Origin: Reclinomonas americana ATCC 50394
Lineage: Eukaryota
Direction of reading: 5' to 3'
NCBI GenBank assembly: GCA_048213135.1
Contig: PS015454.1
Coordinates: 16,151 to 61,237, forward strand
Length of the DNA: 45,087 nucleotides
Every line of letters starts with the position of its first letter. Position 1 is the first letter of the stretch. Both the position numbers and the translations under genes were made by a program. The notes beneath the pieces were generated by a model. It was given only the letters and a program-made list of their open reading frames with translations, did no database searches and was not told the DNA's origin. Shown piece after piece: positions 11,151 to 21,928 of this stretch.

Positions 11151-14100
11151 TCACATAAGTGAACAGCTCTGCTGCAGTGCACTCCGCACGCGATCCACGG
11201 CGCTCGGGGCTGAAGGGCCTGCCGCGCCAACCTCCGGCTCGGCCACCACACTTCGCAGCAAACGCGTGATCTGCACGCGCGAGATGTGTGCCTCCACCAC
11301 GCGCTCCGGCATGCCGACTTGAGGGATGTTTCTGTGGGGAGGGGAAGTGAGTGGGGGGAGAGAGGAAGGAAAGGGCGAAGGAGGAAGGGGCGAAAGGGGG
11401 AAGGGGAAGGGGAAGGAGGAAGGAAGGAGAGCAGAAGGGGGAGGAAGGAGAGGAGAGCGATATCACGTCACTCTGTCTTCTCCGTCACTCTTACTTGTCT
11501 GTCACTCTGTCACTCTGTTTCTCTGTCACTCTGTTTCTCTGTCACTCTGTTTCTCTGTCACTCTGTTTCTCTGTCACTCTGTTTCTCTGTCACTCTGTTT
11601 CTCTGTCACTCTGTTTCTCTGTCACTCTGTTTCTCTGTCACTCTCACTTCTCGTCACTCTGTTTCTGTTTCTATGTCACTCTGTTTCTCCGTCACTCTCA
11701 CTTCCCCGTCACTCTCACTTCCCCGTCACTCTCACTTCCCCGTCACTCTCACTTCCCCGTCACTCTCACTTCCCCGTCACTCTCACTTCCCCGTCACTCT
11801 CACTTCCCCGTCACTCTCACNNNNNNNNNNNNNNNNNNNNNNNNNNNNNNNNNNNNNNNNNNNNNNNNNNNNNNNNNNNNNNNNNNNNNNNNNNNNNNNN
11901 NNNNNNNNNNNNNNNNNNNNNNNNNNNNNNNNNNNNNNNNNNNNNNNNNNNNNNNNNNNNNNNNNNNNNNNNNNNNNNNNNNNNNNNNNNNNNNNNNNNN
12001 NNNNNNNNNNNNNNNNNNNNNNNNNNNNNNNNNNNNNNNNNNNNNNNNNNNNNNNNNNNNNNNNNNNNNNNNNNNNNNNNNNNNNNNNNNNNNNNNNNNN
12101 NNNNNNNNNNNNNNNNNNNNNNNNNNNNNNNNNNNNNNNNNNNNNNNNNNNNNNNNNNNNNNNNNNNNNNNNNNNNNNNNNNNNNNNNNNNNNNNNNNNN
12201 NNNNNNNNNNNNNNNNNNNNNNNNNNNNNNNNNNNNNNNNNNNNNNNNNNNNNNNNNNNNNNNNNNNNNNNNNNNNNNNNNNNNNNNNNNNNNNNNNNNN
12301 NNNNNNNNNNNNNNNNNNNNNNNNNNNNNNNNNNNNNNNNNNNNNNNNNNNNNNNNNNNNNNNNNNNNNNNNNNNNNNNNNNNNNNNNNNNNNNNNNNNN
12401 NNNNNNNNNNNNNNNNNNNNNNNNNNNNNNNNNNNNNNNNNNNNNNNNNNNNNNNNNNNNNNNNNNNNNNNNNNNNNNNNNNNNNNNNNNNNNNNNNNNN
12501 NNNNNNNNNNNNNNNNNNNNNNNNNNNNNNNNNNNNNNNNNNNNNNNNNNNNNNNNNNNNNNNNNNNNNNNNNNNNNNNNNNNNNNNNNNNNNNNNNNNN
12601 NNNNNNNNNNNNNNNNNNAGAGTGACAGAGAAGTGAGAGTGACGGAGAAGTGAGAGTGACGGAGAAGTGAGAGTGACGGAGAAGTGAGAGTGACGGAGAA
12701 GTGAGAGTGACGGAGAAGTGAGAGTGACGGAGAAGTGAGAGTGACGGAGAAGTGAGAGTGACGGAGAANNNNNNNNNNNNNNNNNNNNACTTCTCTGTCA
12801 CTCTTACTTCTCTGTCACTCTCGCTTCTCCGTCACTCTCGCTTCTCCGTCACTCTCGCTTCTCTGTCACTCTTTTTCTCTGTCACTCTCTCTTCCGCCCA
12901 TTTCACACACAAACGCGCAGCTACGCAACGTGGCCTTCGGGATCTTCTGCAGCTCGTTGCGCACGGACTCGAGGCTCTCGGCCTGCATCAGCACCTGGTA
13001 CGCCTCGCACTTCTTGAATGCCTCGTGTCTCTCCAGGTCGCCGCTGATCTGGAGGGTGGAGATGCGGAAGCCGCGCTCGTTGATGCGGTCGGCCACAAAC
13101 TGCGGGACATCCTCCGCCGGCATGCCCCGATCAATCGCCTCCTCGGCGTACTCGAGCACCAGAGCGCGCATCCTCTGCAGACACACGCGCGTCAGCTCTC
13201 TCATAGCGCACATACACACGCAAAGAGCCTCCTGTACACACCTGCATGTCGAGCTCCTCCAGGGCCAGCGACAGAATGACGTCCGACATCTTGCCGTGAT
13301 CGGTGAGGGTGATGTGGCGACCACCAGTGCGCTCGCACACCGCGTGGATAAAGTGCGGCAAGTACGCGTAGTGCTCCGTGTGTGCCTCCACACAGCACAG
13401 CGCAATGTGCTTCTCGTTAAAGATGCGCAGCACGGCAATCGGGTCGTCATTCGACGGGTCGCCGTTCGGGTACGTGTCGCCGTCCTTCTCCAGACCGTGC
13501 GGCGGCGCATCCGTCACCCACACCACGATGCGAATGGAGCCTGGGCGCCAAGAGATCTTCTCGGCGCACGCCTGGAAGGCCGGGGCCACGGCCTCGGGGC
13601 CATCGCCGCCTCCGTGCGCGTACATCTTGCCGACGTCGATTTGCATCTGACGCATGTCGGCCGTCAGGTCGAACACGTGGACCACCTCCTTCTGGTCGTC
13701 TGTAAGAAGGGGAAGGGGTGAGAAGGGGGGAGGGAGGCAAAGAGGGAGAAGGGGGAAAGAGAGAGAGAAGGGGAAAGAGAGAGAGAAGGGGAAGAGAGAG
13801 AGAAGGGAACAAGGAGAAGGGAAGAGGAGAAGGGAAGAGGAGAGGGAAGAGATAGAAGGGGGAAAGAGATAGAAGGGGGAAAGAGACAGAAGGGGGAAAG
13901 AGATAGAAGGGGGAAAGAGGGAGAAGGGAGGAGGGAGGCGAGGGGGAGAGAGACACACACACAGAGAGACAGACGGAGAGACTGCCAGAGAGACAAAGAA
14001 AAACATACACAGGCAGACACACGGAGAGATATACAGACAAAGAGACAAACGGAGAGAGAGACAGACAGAAAGACAGAGAGAAACAGCGACACAGAGAGAC

Positions 14101-15820
14101 GCACACGAAGAGAGAGAGAGAGAGAGAGAGAAGGCGAGAGCGAGACACTCGACAACAAACACTCGACAACAAACAAGTGCGTGTGTGNNNNNNNNNNNNN
14201 NNNNNNNNNNNNNNNNNNNNNNNNNNNNNNNNNNNNNNNNTGTCAGAAACGCAACAATCCGTGTACGGCACAAGACCAAACATGATGTCGACACCGGCGC
14301 GAGACGTGTACTTGAGCTGCAGAGAGACATAAGTGACAAGGCACTCGGAATAGAAGTGGAAGACCAACTCACATCGTCGATCAGCTCAATGATCTTGCGC
14401 TGCACGGCCTGGATCTGGGAGCCCATGCTGCCTGTGTTGTCCACACAGAAGACCAGATCGAGAGGGGGCACCTCGACGGCTGCACTGGCCTCCGCCGATG
14501 GGACGCGCGTAAGGATGGCTGCACGATCGGCACGGCGACGCGCTGCAGAAGCTGCCGGAACAGCAGCCGATCCCGCGGCGGCCTCGGCACCCGCGCCACG
14601 TGACTTGGGCACCTTGGCCTGCACGGCGGCCACCTGGTCCACCTGGCGGGTGGCGATGAAGCGCAGCGACTGCGCACTGAAGCCGGTGATGACCAGGTCG
14701 TTCGGGTTCTTGTCGCCCGTGGGGGTGGTCTGCGTGTGCGCATTTTGCTCAGTCGCCACTGCTCTCACAGCAAAAGAGAAANNNNNNNNNNNNNNNNNNN
14801 NNNNNNNNNNNNNNNNNNNNNNNNNNNNNNNNNNNNNNNNNNNNNNNNNNNNNNNNNNGAGCAAAAAAAAGGGATAACACACCGGCAACTCAGATCCGTA
14901 GCCCGCCAGATCAAAGTTGACCACCAGCAGGTCGGGATTCACGACACGGCGGTACAACGCAATAGCGTCGGCGATGGAGCTAATCACGTCGCCCTCGTAC
15001 TCGAACACGGCGCCCGTGGTCGGCGGGATTTGCATGTCTGCAACGAAACGATCAGTTCACATATACACACACAAGAGTGTGTGGTGACCGGCACTCACCA
15101 CTGAGGATCACCAAGTTGTCAATGACGGTGCGCTCGATGAGGAGCTGTCCAATGAGACCGAGCGGGAACTCGGTACCGCCGCCGAGGAGGCCGGTGCGGG
15201 CCTTCACCGAGTGAATGTTGCCGAGGACCGTGCTCGGGTCCAAGTTGTCGATGCGCAGGAAGGCGTCGGGCACGAGGCCGGGCGATGAGAAGATGAAGAA
15301 GTCGGCCTCGTCCATGGCGTAGTACATCATCAGGCCCAGCACGATGGCCGCGTCTGTGAGAGGGGAAGGGGGATGAGGCAAAGGGAAAGAGGGGAAGGGG
15401 AAGGGAAAGAGGAGACGGGAACACAAAGAAGACGAGAACACAAAGAAGACGAGAACACAAAGAAGACGAGAACACAAAGAAGACGAGAACACAAACAGAC
15501 GAGAACACAAACAGACGAGAACACAAACAGACGAGAACACAAACAGACGAGAACACAAACAGACGAGAACACAAAGAGACGAGAACACAAAGAGACGAGA
15601 ACACAAAGAGACGAGAACACAAAGAGACGAGACAACAAAGAGACGAGACAACAAAGAGACGAGACAACAAAGAGACGAGATCACAAAGAGACGAGATCAC
15701 TGGAGACGAGATCACTGGAGACGAGAACACTGGAGACGAGAACACTGGAGACGAGAACACTGGAGACGAGAACACTGGAGACGAGAACACTGGAGACGAG
15801 AACACTGGAGACGGGAACAG

Positions 15821-15866
<46 letters not shown>

Positions 15867-17084
15867 NNNNNNNNNNNNNNNNNNNNNNNNNNNNNNNNNN
15901 NNNNNNNNNNNNNNNNNNNNNNNNNNNNNNNNNNNNNNNNNNNNNNNNNNNNNNNNNNNNNNNNNNNNNNNNNNNNNNNNNNNNNNNNNNNNGGGGGAAA
16001 AGGGAGAGAGGGAGGGGTGGGGTGGGTACGCAACGCGGCAGCTCGACGGAAGCAATTGGGGAGGTTGCGGTGGCGCTTCAGAAGGAACTCGGCGGTTTCC
16101 AGGAGGTCGGAGGGGAGCTGAGGAGGGGAAGGGAGGGGGAAGTGTGAGTAACTGTGGGGTGAAAAAAGGGGAAGGGGAGATGGGGAAGGAGACTGATATG
16201 GGAAGGAGATTGCAGAGGGATGGAAAAGGCTGCACAGGGATGGAAGGAGAAGACTGCAGCAGAGATGGAAGAGACTGCAGCAGAGATGGAAAGAGACTGC
16301 AGCAGAGATGGAAAGAGACTGCAGCAGGGATGGAAAGAGACTGCGGCAGGGATGGAAAGAGACTGCAGCAGGGATGGAAAGAGACTGCAGCAGGGATGCA
16401 ACAGGGATGGAAAGAGGCTGCAACAGGGATGGAAGAGGCTGCAGCAGGGATGGAGGAGACTGCAGCAGGGATGGAGGAGACTGCAGCAGGGATGGAAGGA
16501 GAAGACTGCAGCAGGATGGAAGGAGACTGCACCCAACAAGCTGCGATTCCCACTTTCCCGAAAAGAGAATCCTCACCTTGAAGATCTCCACGAGGTACTC
16601 GACGGCCAGCGGAGCAATGGCCGGATGCATGCAAGCCCTACACACACAGCATCACCATCAGCAAACACTCTCGGAGAGAGAGACAAGCCAGACCAGAGAG
16701 AGCAGACGCAACAATCCAGCCAGGAAATTCGCCGAGGTGCGCAGACCCATGTCCTCACGCACATACAACGCCAGCTGCAGAATGAACTCGGGGTCGTGCG
16801 CCTCATCGGCCACCTCGCACACAACTTGCTCAATCTCACTCGCGCGCTCGTTGGCACTCTGACAACAAGAGAAAGAGAGAGAGGAAGTGAGTGAGAGAGT
16901 GGAAGGCAAAGGGAGAGGGGGAGAGAGGGGGGTGGGAGAGACAGCGAGTGAGGGAGTGAGAGAGGCAGAGAGAAAGAGAATGCAGAGAATGTCAGTGAGA
17001 GAAAGAGAATGTATGCAACAGTGTATGCAAGAGTGTGAGTGTGAGAGTGAGAGAGGGAGAGAGAGAGAGAGAGAGTGAGAGGAG

Positions 17085-17158
<74 letters not shown>

Positions 17159-17713
17159 TAGTAGTAGTACGTACGTACGTACGTACGTACGTACGTACGT
17201 ACGACGTACGTACGTACGTACGTACGTACGTACGTACGTACGTACGTACGGTACGGTACNNNNNNNNNNNNNNNNNNNNGAGAGAGAGAGAGAGAAGAAG
17301 AGTGCGACTGATTGAGATCCAAATGCGGACTTTTGCGACGCACCTGGAAGTACTTGGGCTCATTGAGCAGGTTGGAGCACACCATCAGCATGAGTCGCTC
17401 ACGCGGGTTGCGCACATCGGGGTGCCTTTGCGAGGCAAGAAGAGTGAGGACAACAGTAAGAGAGAGGCATGTCACACGCGTTGTTGCGCTCACCAAAAGT
17501 TTGCGCGTTCCACACCGGCGCCGAGAGCCACATCGGCCACTGAGCGCATGGGGGCCTCCACCACCGGGCCACTGTTTGTGTAAAGTGTGCGCGTGCGTGT
17601 GTGAGAGAGTGGACATGGTGTGCGCGCAGAGAGAAGTGATCACGCAACGCAATCTCCACAGCTCGTGGCGCATCCACACTCATGGGATGCGAGTCGTCAG
17701 CCGAGGATGCCAT
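11151..17713 (-). CDS. TROVE-domain protein (TEP1/Tetrahymena p80-like TROVE-vWA) with a second vWA domain and C-terminal CaaX motif; middle interrupted by an assembly gap
   Basis: Exons PRERLMLMVCSNLLNEPKYF, DPEFILQLALYVREDMGLRTSANFL and LPSDLLETAEFL..LPNCFRRA resemble the TEP1 TROVE N-terminus. AIVLGLMM..GGGTEFP..IDNLVILSDMQ..YRRVVNPDLLVVNFDLAGYG..LVITGFSAQSLRFI resembles the p80/TEP1 vWA part. Second vWA: LDLVFCVDNTGSMG..GGGDGPEAV..WVTDAPPHG. The last exon (11331-11151) ends QQSCSLM*. Confidence 0.85.
11500..12890. repeat. Intronic minisatellite arrays (16-bp ctctgtcactctgttt, then 17-bp cttccccgtcactctca and variants) flanking an ~800-N gap
   Basis: Units are directly visible. The block at 12619-12768 is the reverse complement (gtgacggagaagtgaga) and sits between two gaps. 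Confidence 0.9.
11821..12618. other. Largest assembly gap; other gaps at ~7772, 8673, 12769, 14188, 14782, 15867 and 17260
   Basis: Runs of n, nearly all next to simple repeats. Confidence 0.99.
15415..15815. repeat. Intronic minisatellite of gradually changing 15-18-bp units (acgagaacacaaagaag to acgagaacactggag)
   Basis: Directly visible tandem units within a TROVE gene intron. Confidence 0.9.
16210..16530. repeat. Intronic ~21-22-bp minisatellite (gcagcagggatggaaagagact)
   Basis: Directly visible tandem units. Confidence 0.88.
17050..17259. repeat. Compound microsatellite (GA)n-(GTA)n-(GTAC)n in a TROVE gene intron
   Basis: Directly visible; abuts the N gap at 17260. Confidence 0.9.
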
Positions 17714-17926
17714 GGCGCAGAGAGAGGGATGTTAAAGGGGTTAATCTGTGCAGACAACTGCAGTCGATATTTATGGACTGATTTCTCCGAGTCGCGAGTG
17801 AGTGACTGGCGAATGCAGGTTTGATGGGTCGAATTGTGGGAGGTGGAGGCCCAGAAATGGGTGGGTGGTGGGTGGTGGCAGTTGGTGGTGGGGCAGATGG
17901 GGCAAGTGGGGGGACACTGATGAGTG

Positions 17927-19470
17927 TCAAGTGTCAATGGTGGGATCTTCGGCTTGCCGATACGCTGCCAGCCACACTGCGCGATCGGGGTGCACGCAGA
18001 CATACTCCGCTGGTGAAAGTTGGATATAGCCTCGCGTGCAGTGCAACTTGGATGCATCTGCTGCAAACTGTTAGCCAGCATGAACATGGCAGAGCGTGAT
18101 CGACTGGAACTAACACGCACCGTCAAACACCAGAACCAGGTGTGCATCACGCAGCTTCTTCGCTCCATAGAACAGCATCATGTATAGATACAGCCGGCTG
18201 CATTGCGTGACAAAATCCACACCATTGTTGCTGTTGTTGTTGTTGTTGTTGTTGTTGTTGTCATCCTGATTCGCGACAAAGTGCACACGGGCCAGTGAGT
18301 CATCCAGGCTTACTTGCACTGTCGAGGCCTCTGCTGCAGTCATCTGCTGGAACATAGGATTGTAAGCAAAGCACCTACAAGGCCCGCACGAATAACGGAA
18401 CAAGGGATGCTAGACCTGGGAACACGCAGACGGGTGTATGGTTGGGAGCTGAAGGTCCCCACCATTATTGTGCCTTGTGTTTTCCTGAAGGCGCGCCAAC
18501 TCAGCTTTCACGGAGATGTCGTCGATGAGGCGGGATCGTGTGCTAGTCGTTGGCGGACACGAGCTGGCACATTGCACCTGTGCCGCTGCGGCACCGTCGG
18601 CCTCTCGATACGAGAGACTGCGAGTGCGCACCCGTTCGTCAAACTGCTGCCAGAATCCCCAGTCAACTGTCTTGTCATTTTCTTTGCTGTCGCGCACCAG
18701 CAGCGAGGCAAACTCGGTCGCTGCCAACACCATATGCACGTGCATCCAGTCACAAGTTCGCCAAGTGCCCTGGTGAAATGAGAGCTGCACTCGCAGTGGC
18801 AAGCGAAATTGCTGTCAGCGCACCAGCTGCAGAGAACTAACGAGCGTACGGCTAGCTAGCTACTCGCCTTGACTGTACTCTTGCAGCCGTGTTGCCGCAC
18901 CGCTTGCAGTGTCAGCTTTACGGTCTCCCAAAACTGCTTTTGTTGGGTCCACTCAGTCTCGCACAGATCGGTGGCTGCCGCATGCAGAACATTAGTCAAC
19001 AGCACGCATCAAGCGCTGAAGAACAGCAGCAAGCATGCAAGAATGCAGAACGACGCAACGCATGTTGTTGTGATCCGTCGGCGCGATAATCAGGTGTGGC
19101 CGACGCAAGCCACAAATGTACTCGACGACGAACGGTGAAGAGACTGACTTCTCGCCTTGTGTCGACAACAGCGAACACGGCGGACGCGTACACTTCTGTA
19201 GCACACGAGCCGCATCCTGTCGCGACACGACATTCTCGGCAGCATTCCTACCCAGCCGTCTGAGATGAATGACTGAGGCACTCACAGCACCACTTGCGAC
19301 GATGCACGCACATTGTTTGGCTGGGAGTCATCAGCTGCACCGCAGTTACAGCAAACGGAGCGCCACATGTAATGGCCAGCAAAGCTCTGCACAGCAGCAT
19401 AGTCGGTGGTGCAACGAGGGGGACACGGTGGGGGACGAAAAACGAAGAAGGAGCAATTTTCCGAGCTCAT
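17927..19470 (-). CDS. Divergent HIT-like (histidine triad superfamily) protein; multi-exon
   Basis: RRPHLIIAPTDH resembles the HIT H-x-L-V-I-P-x-x-H strand. FWETVKLTL is the following helix, and SFHQGTWRTCDWMHVHMVL resembles the HxHxH loop. The last exon DASKLHCTRGYIQLSPAEYV..EDPTIDT ends at TGA 17927. First-exon splicing is uncertain. Confidence 0.5.
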
Positions 19471-19589
19471 TGTTCACTTTGGCTGTCGGCTGTGCGTAGG
19501 TGGCTGTGAGTGTGAGTGAGTGTGAGTGTGAGTGTGAGTGTGTGTGAGAGAGAGAGAGAGAGCGACTGTTCAGCCGCGCCTTTGCCACG

Positions 19590-21796
19590 ATGGCTGGTGT
19601 GTTGATTGTTGGCATGCGAATCATCATTGATGCTCGGTGGATGACAAGAGTGTCTTGTTCCAGCATCGTCAGCAGAGCAACCATCAGTGTGCAACACTGT
19701 TGTTCTCTATCACTATCCTGTTGCGTCGTATCTCTCGACGCACGTCCACTTTCTTGTTCATAACGCTTGGACACAGTGCATTGATGGCGTGTATGCGGCA
19801 TTTGGCGCTTGGCTGTATTATCAACGCATGTTCCGTTTGCGTTCACACTTTTGCTTGCCTCCCTTGCCTCTCATTGATATACAAATGTCCATCTGGGCAG
19901 TGGCGAATCAGCGGCATTTGTACCCCACCGAGTCACCCGCCGATTCCATGTGGACGAGTTGCCTTTGCAAGCAGACCAAGTCGAACAAGGTGAGTCGCGA
20001 CAGCGTGTGATCCGTCGCGCGCAGCATAATGCGCTGTGGTAATTCACCTGTTTGGCGCATCCAGTGTTTTTGTGTGACTACATGGGCCCGCGTGGCTTCT
20101 TGTGTGAGTTGGCGGCTGCGTTGCCGAGGAGCAAGGTTTGCCGTTGTGCACGGATGTGTTGTCTCTTGCAGTTATTGCCGACAGCGATGGCGCTGCCTGC
20201 AGATTGTGGTTCTCGACCATCACAAAACTTCGGTGGATGAGATTGAAGAGCTTACCAAAGCTCCGTTGCCTTGTTGATGAGATGCAACTCTTCCTGTGCT
20301 GACACTTTGTTGGCTCTGCGTCGAGTAGACTGGCAATCTGCCGTCAAACGTGGAGCTGCACCTTGACATGCAGCGTAGCGGTGCTACAATTTCGTGGGAC
20401 TACTTTGCGGCGCGGTTGAGTGACGAGCGGAGTCATGATGTCGGTCAGCAGCCGTCGGGTGAACTGCTGACGGGCGATATGGAGACCGCGGTGCGATTGC
20501 GTCGAACGTTTCTGTTGGTAGAGGTGCGATGCGTCACATTTTCGAGTGATGAAGCTACGCTCAGTACGAATACCGATTGTACCGTGTGTGCCACAGGACC
20601 GCGATCTGTGGCGTCATGCAGGTGTGTGTGTTTGTGTGTTTGTGTGCGTCTGGGGGAGTAACATGCGCGTTGAGTGGATTCCCGTGCCCCTCACTCTGTA
20701 TGACATATGCAGATGAAGGCTCAAAGGTACCTCACGCGCATGAAACAACACTCAACTGAGCCATGCTTTGTTTTATTCTGACCAGACTTGCACAGTTCTT
20801 CGGTGCCGGTTTCGCAGGTTTGTTGGCCGTAAAATATTGTGTGTGTGCGTGTGTATATGTGTGTTTCTGATTTGAGAAGCAGCACTGAATCTGGAATACG
20901 ACGCGCAATTGCACCCGGGCATTTTTGACGAGTTACACAAAATCGATCCCGCTGTACTGATTGCCGTCGGCCGGGCTAGCTTGACGGATCGTCAGCGTGA
21001 GATCGACAGTGTCGTAGATATCGCTGTGACAGTCTCACTCGGTGTTGGACCGGCTAGTGTTGGCCAGTGCCTGGCCGTCGAGGTCTGGATGTGATGGGAT
21101 TCTCTGTGGCCTGCCATCTTGTGTGTTCACTGGTCTCCCGTAGGTTCCATTCGAGCAGGCTGGCCTGCGTTCCGATGTCGGCAACCAGCTCGCGGCTCGC
21201 AGCGCTGGTGTGTCTCTAAGAGATTGTGTGAAACAGTTGTATCATCTCGTGTTTGTTTTTATTTAGCATTCGAATCAATTGCAGCTGCTGGGCTGCGTGC
21301 AATTGGTATCGTGGCCTACGGTGAGTAAGTGCGTGTCTGTGAGAGAGAGAGAGAAAGGGGGGAAATAATGATGACGCAGCCGACAGTGAGCAATCATGAG
21401 AGGTAGATATCTAGAGAGGGTTGAGTATGTACTAACAATCATTTTTGGGCTGCATTTGCTTTGTGCCTCGCGGCTGACTAGTGGACCCGTCACTTCCTCC
21501 GTTGCGCATTTTGCTGTTCGGTCCACCATTGCTTCCGCTCTCCAGGTCGCCTCACATTCCTCTGCTACTGTCTCTGCAATCACAGAAACTCAATCAAGCT
21601 TTCGCTGCGTGGCATCGGTGACGAGGACACGGAAGGTTTGACATGTTTATGTGCGTGTGTGTCAATATGGTCGTCTGCAACCTTATTCGTGCGGCTAGCC
21701 ATCTCAAGTGCGTATGGTGGTGGCGGACATCGGCTAGCGTCGTCGTTTATACTGCCCGTCGAGCAGTGGAACGGGTGGCAGATCAGTTCTAGCTAA
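19590..21796 (+). CDS. DHH/DHHA1 family phosphoesterase (plant/protist type); multi-exon
   Basis: Spliced motifs VVLYHYPCIDGVYAA, VFLCDYMGP, IVVLDHHKT, LDMQRSGATISWDYF, VEDRDLWRH, LRSDVGNQLA, IKLSLRG and YGGGGHRLASSF. ATG 19590, TAA 21794-21796. Confidence 0.92.
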
Positions 21797-21928
21797 GATG
21801 TGATTCTGGTGGTTTGACGAACGCATCGATGGGACTATCGTGGTTAGTACAGCGAAGGAAACGCAGAAAAATGTTGGCTTGTCGCTCTTCTCTATTACGT
21901 TGTTGCTTCTCAGACACAAAGGCACACA

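Noticed and set aside
11500-12890. Regular short repeats resembling a CRISPR array, and an apparent inverted repeat
   Set aside because: Units are head-to-tail with no unique spacers and lie in a eukaryotic intron. The inverted block is bounded by gaps on both sides and is probably a mis-oriented contig.
17168-17259. (GTAC)n self-complementary tract as a hairpin or telomere-like element
   Set aside because: A simple intronic microsatellite next to a gap, with no supporting context.
18787-18867. Possible GC-AG intron (AAG|GCGAGT) in the HIT-like gene
   Set aside because: An in-phase GT donor (GCG|GTGCGG) lies just upstream, so this cannot be decided without transcripts.
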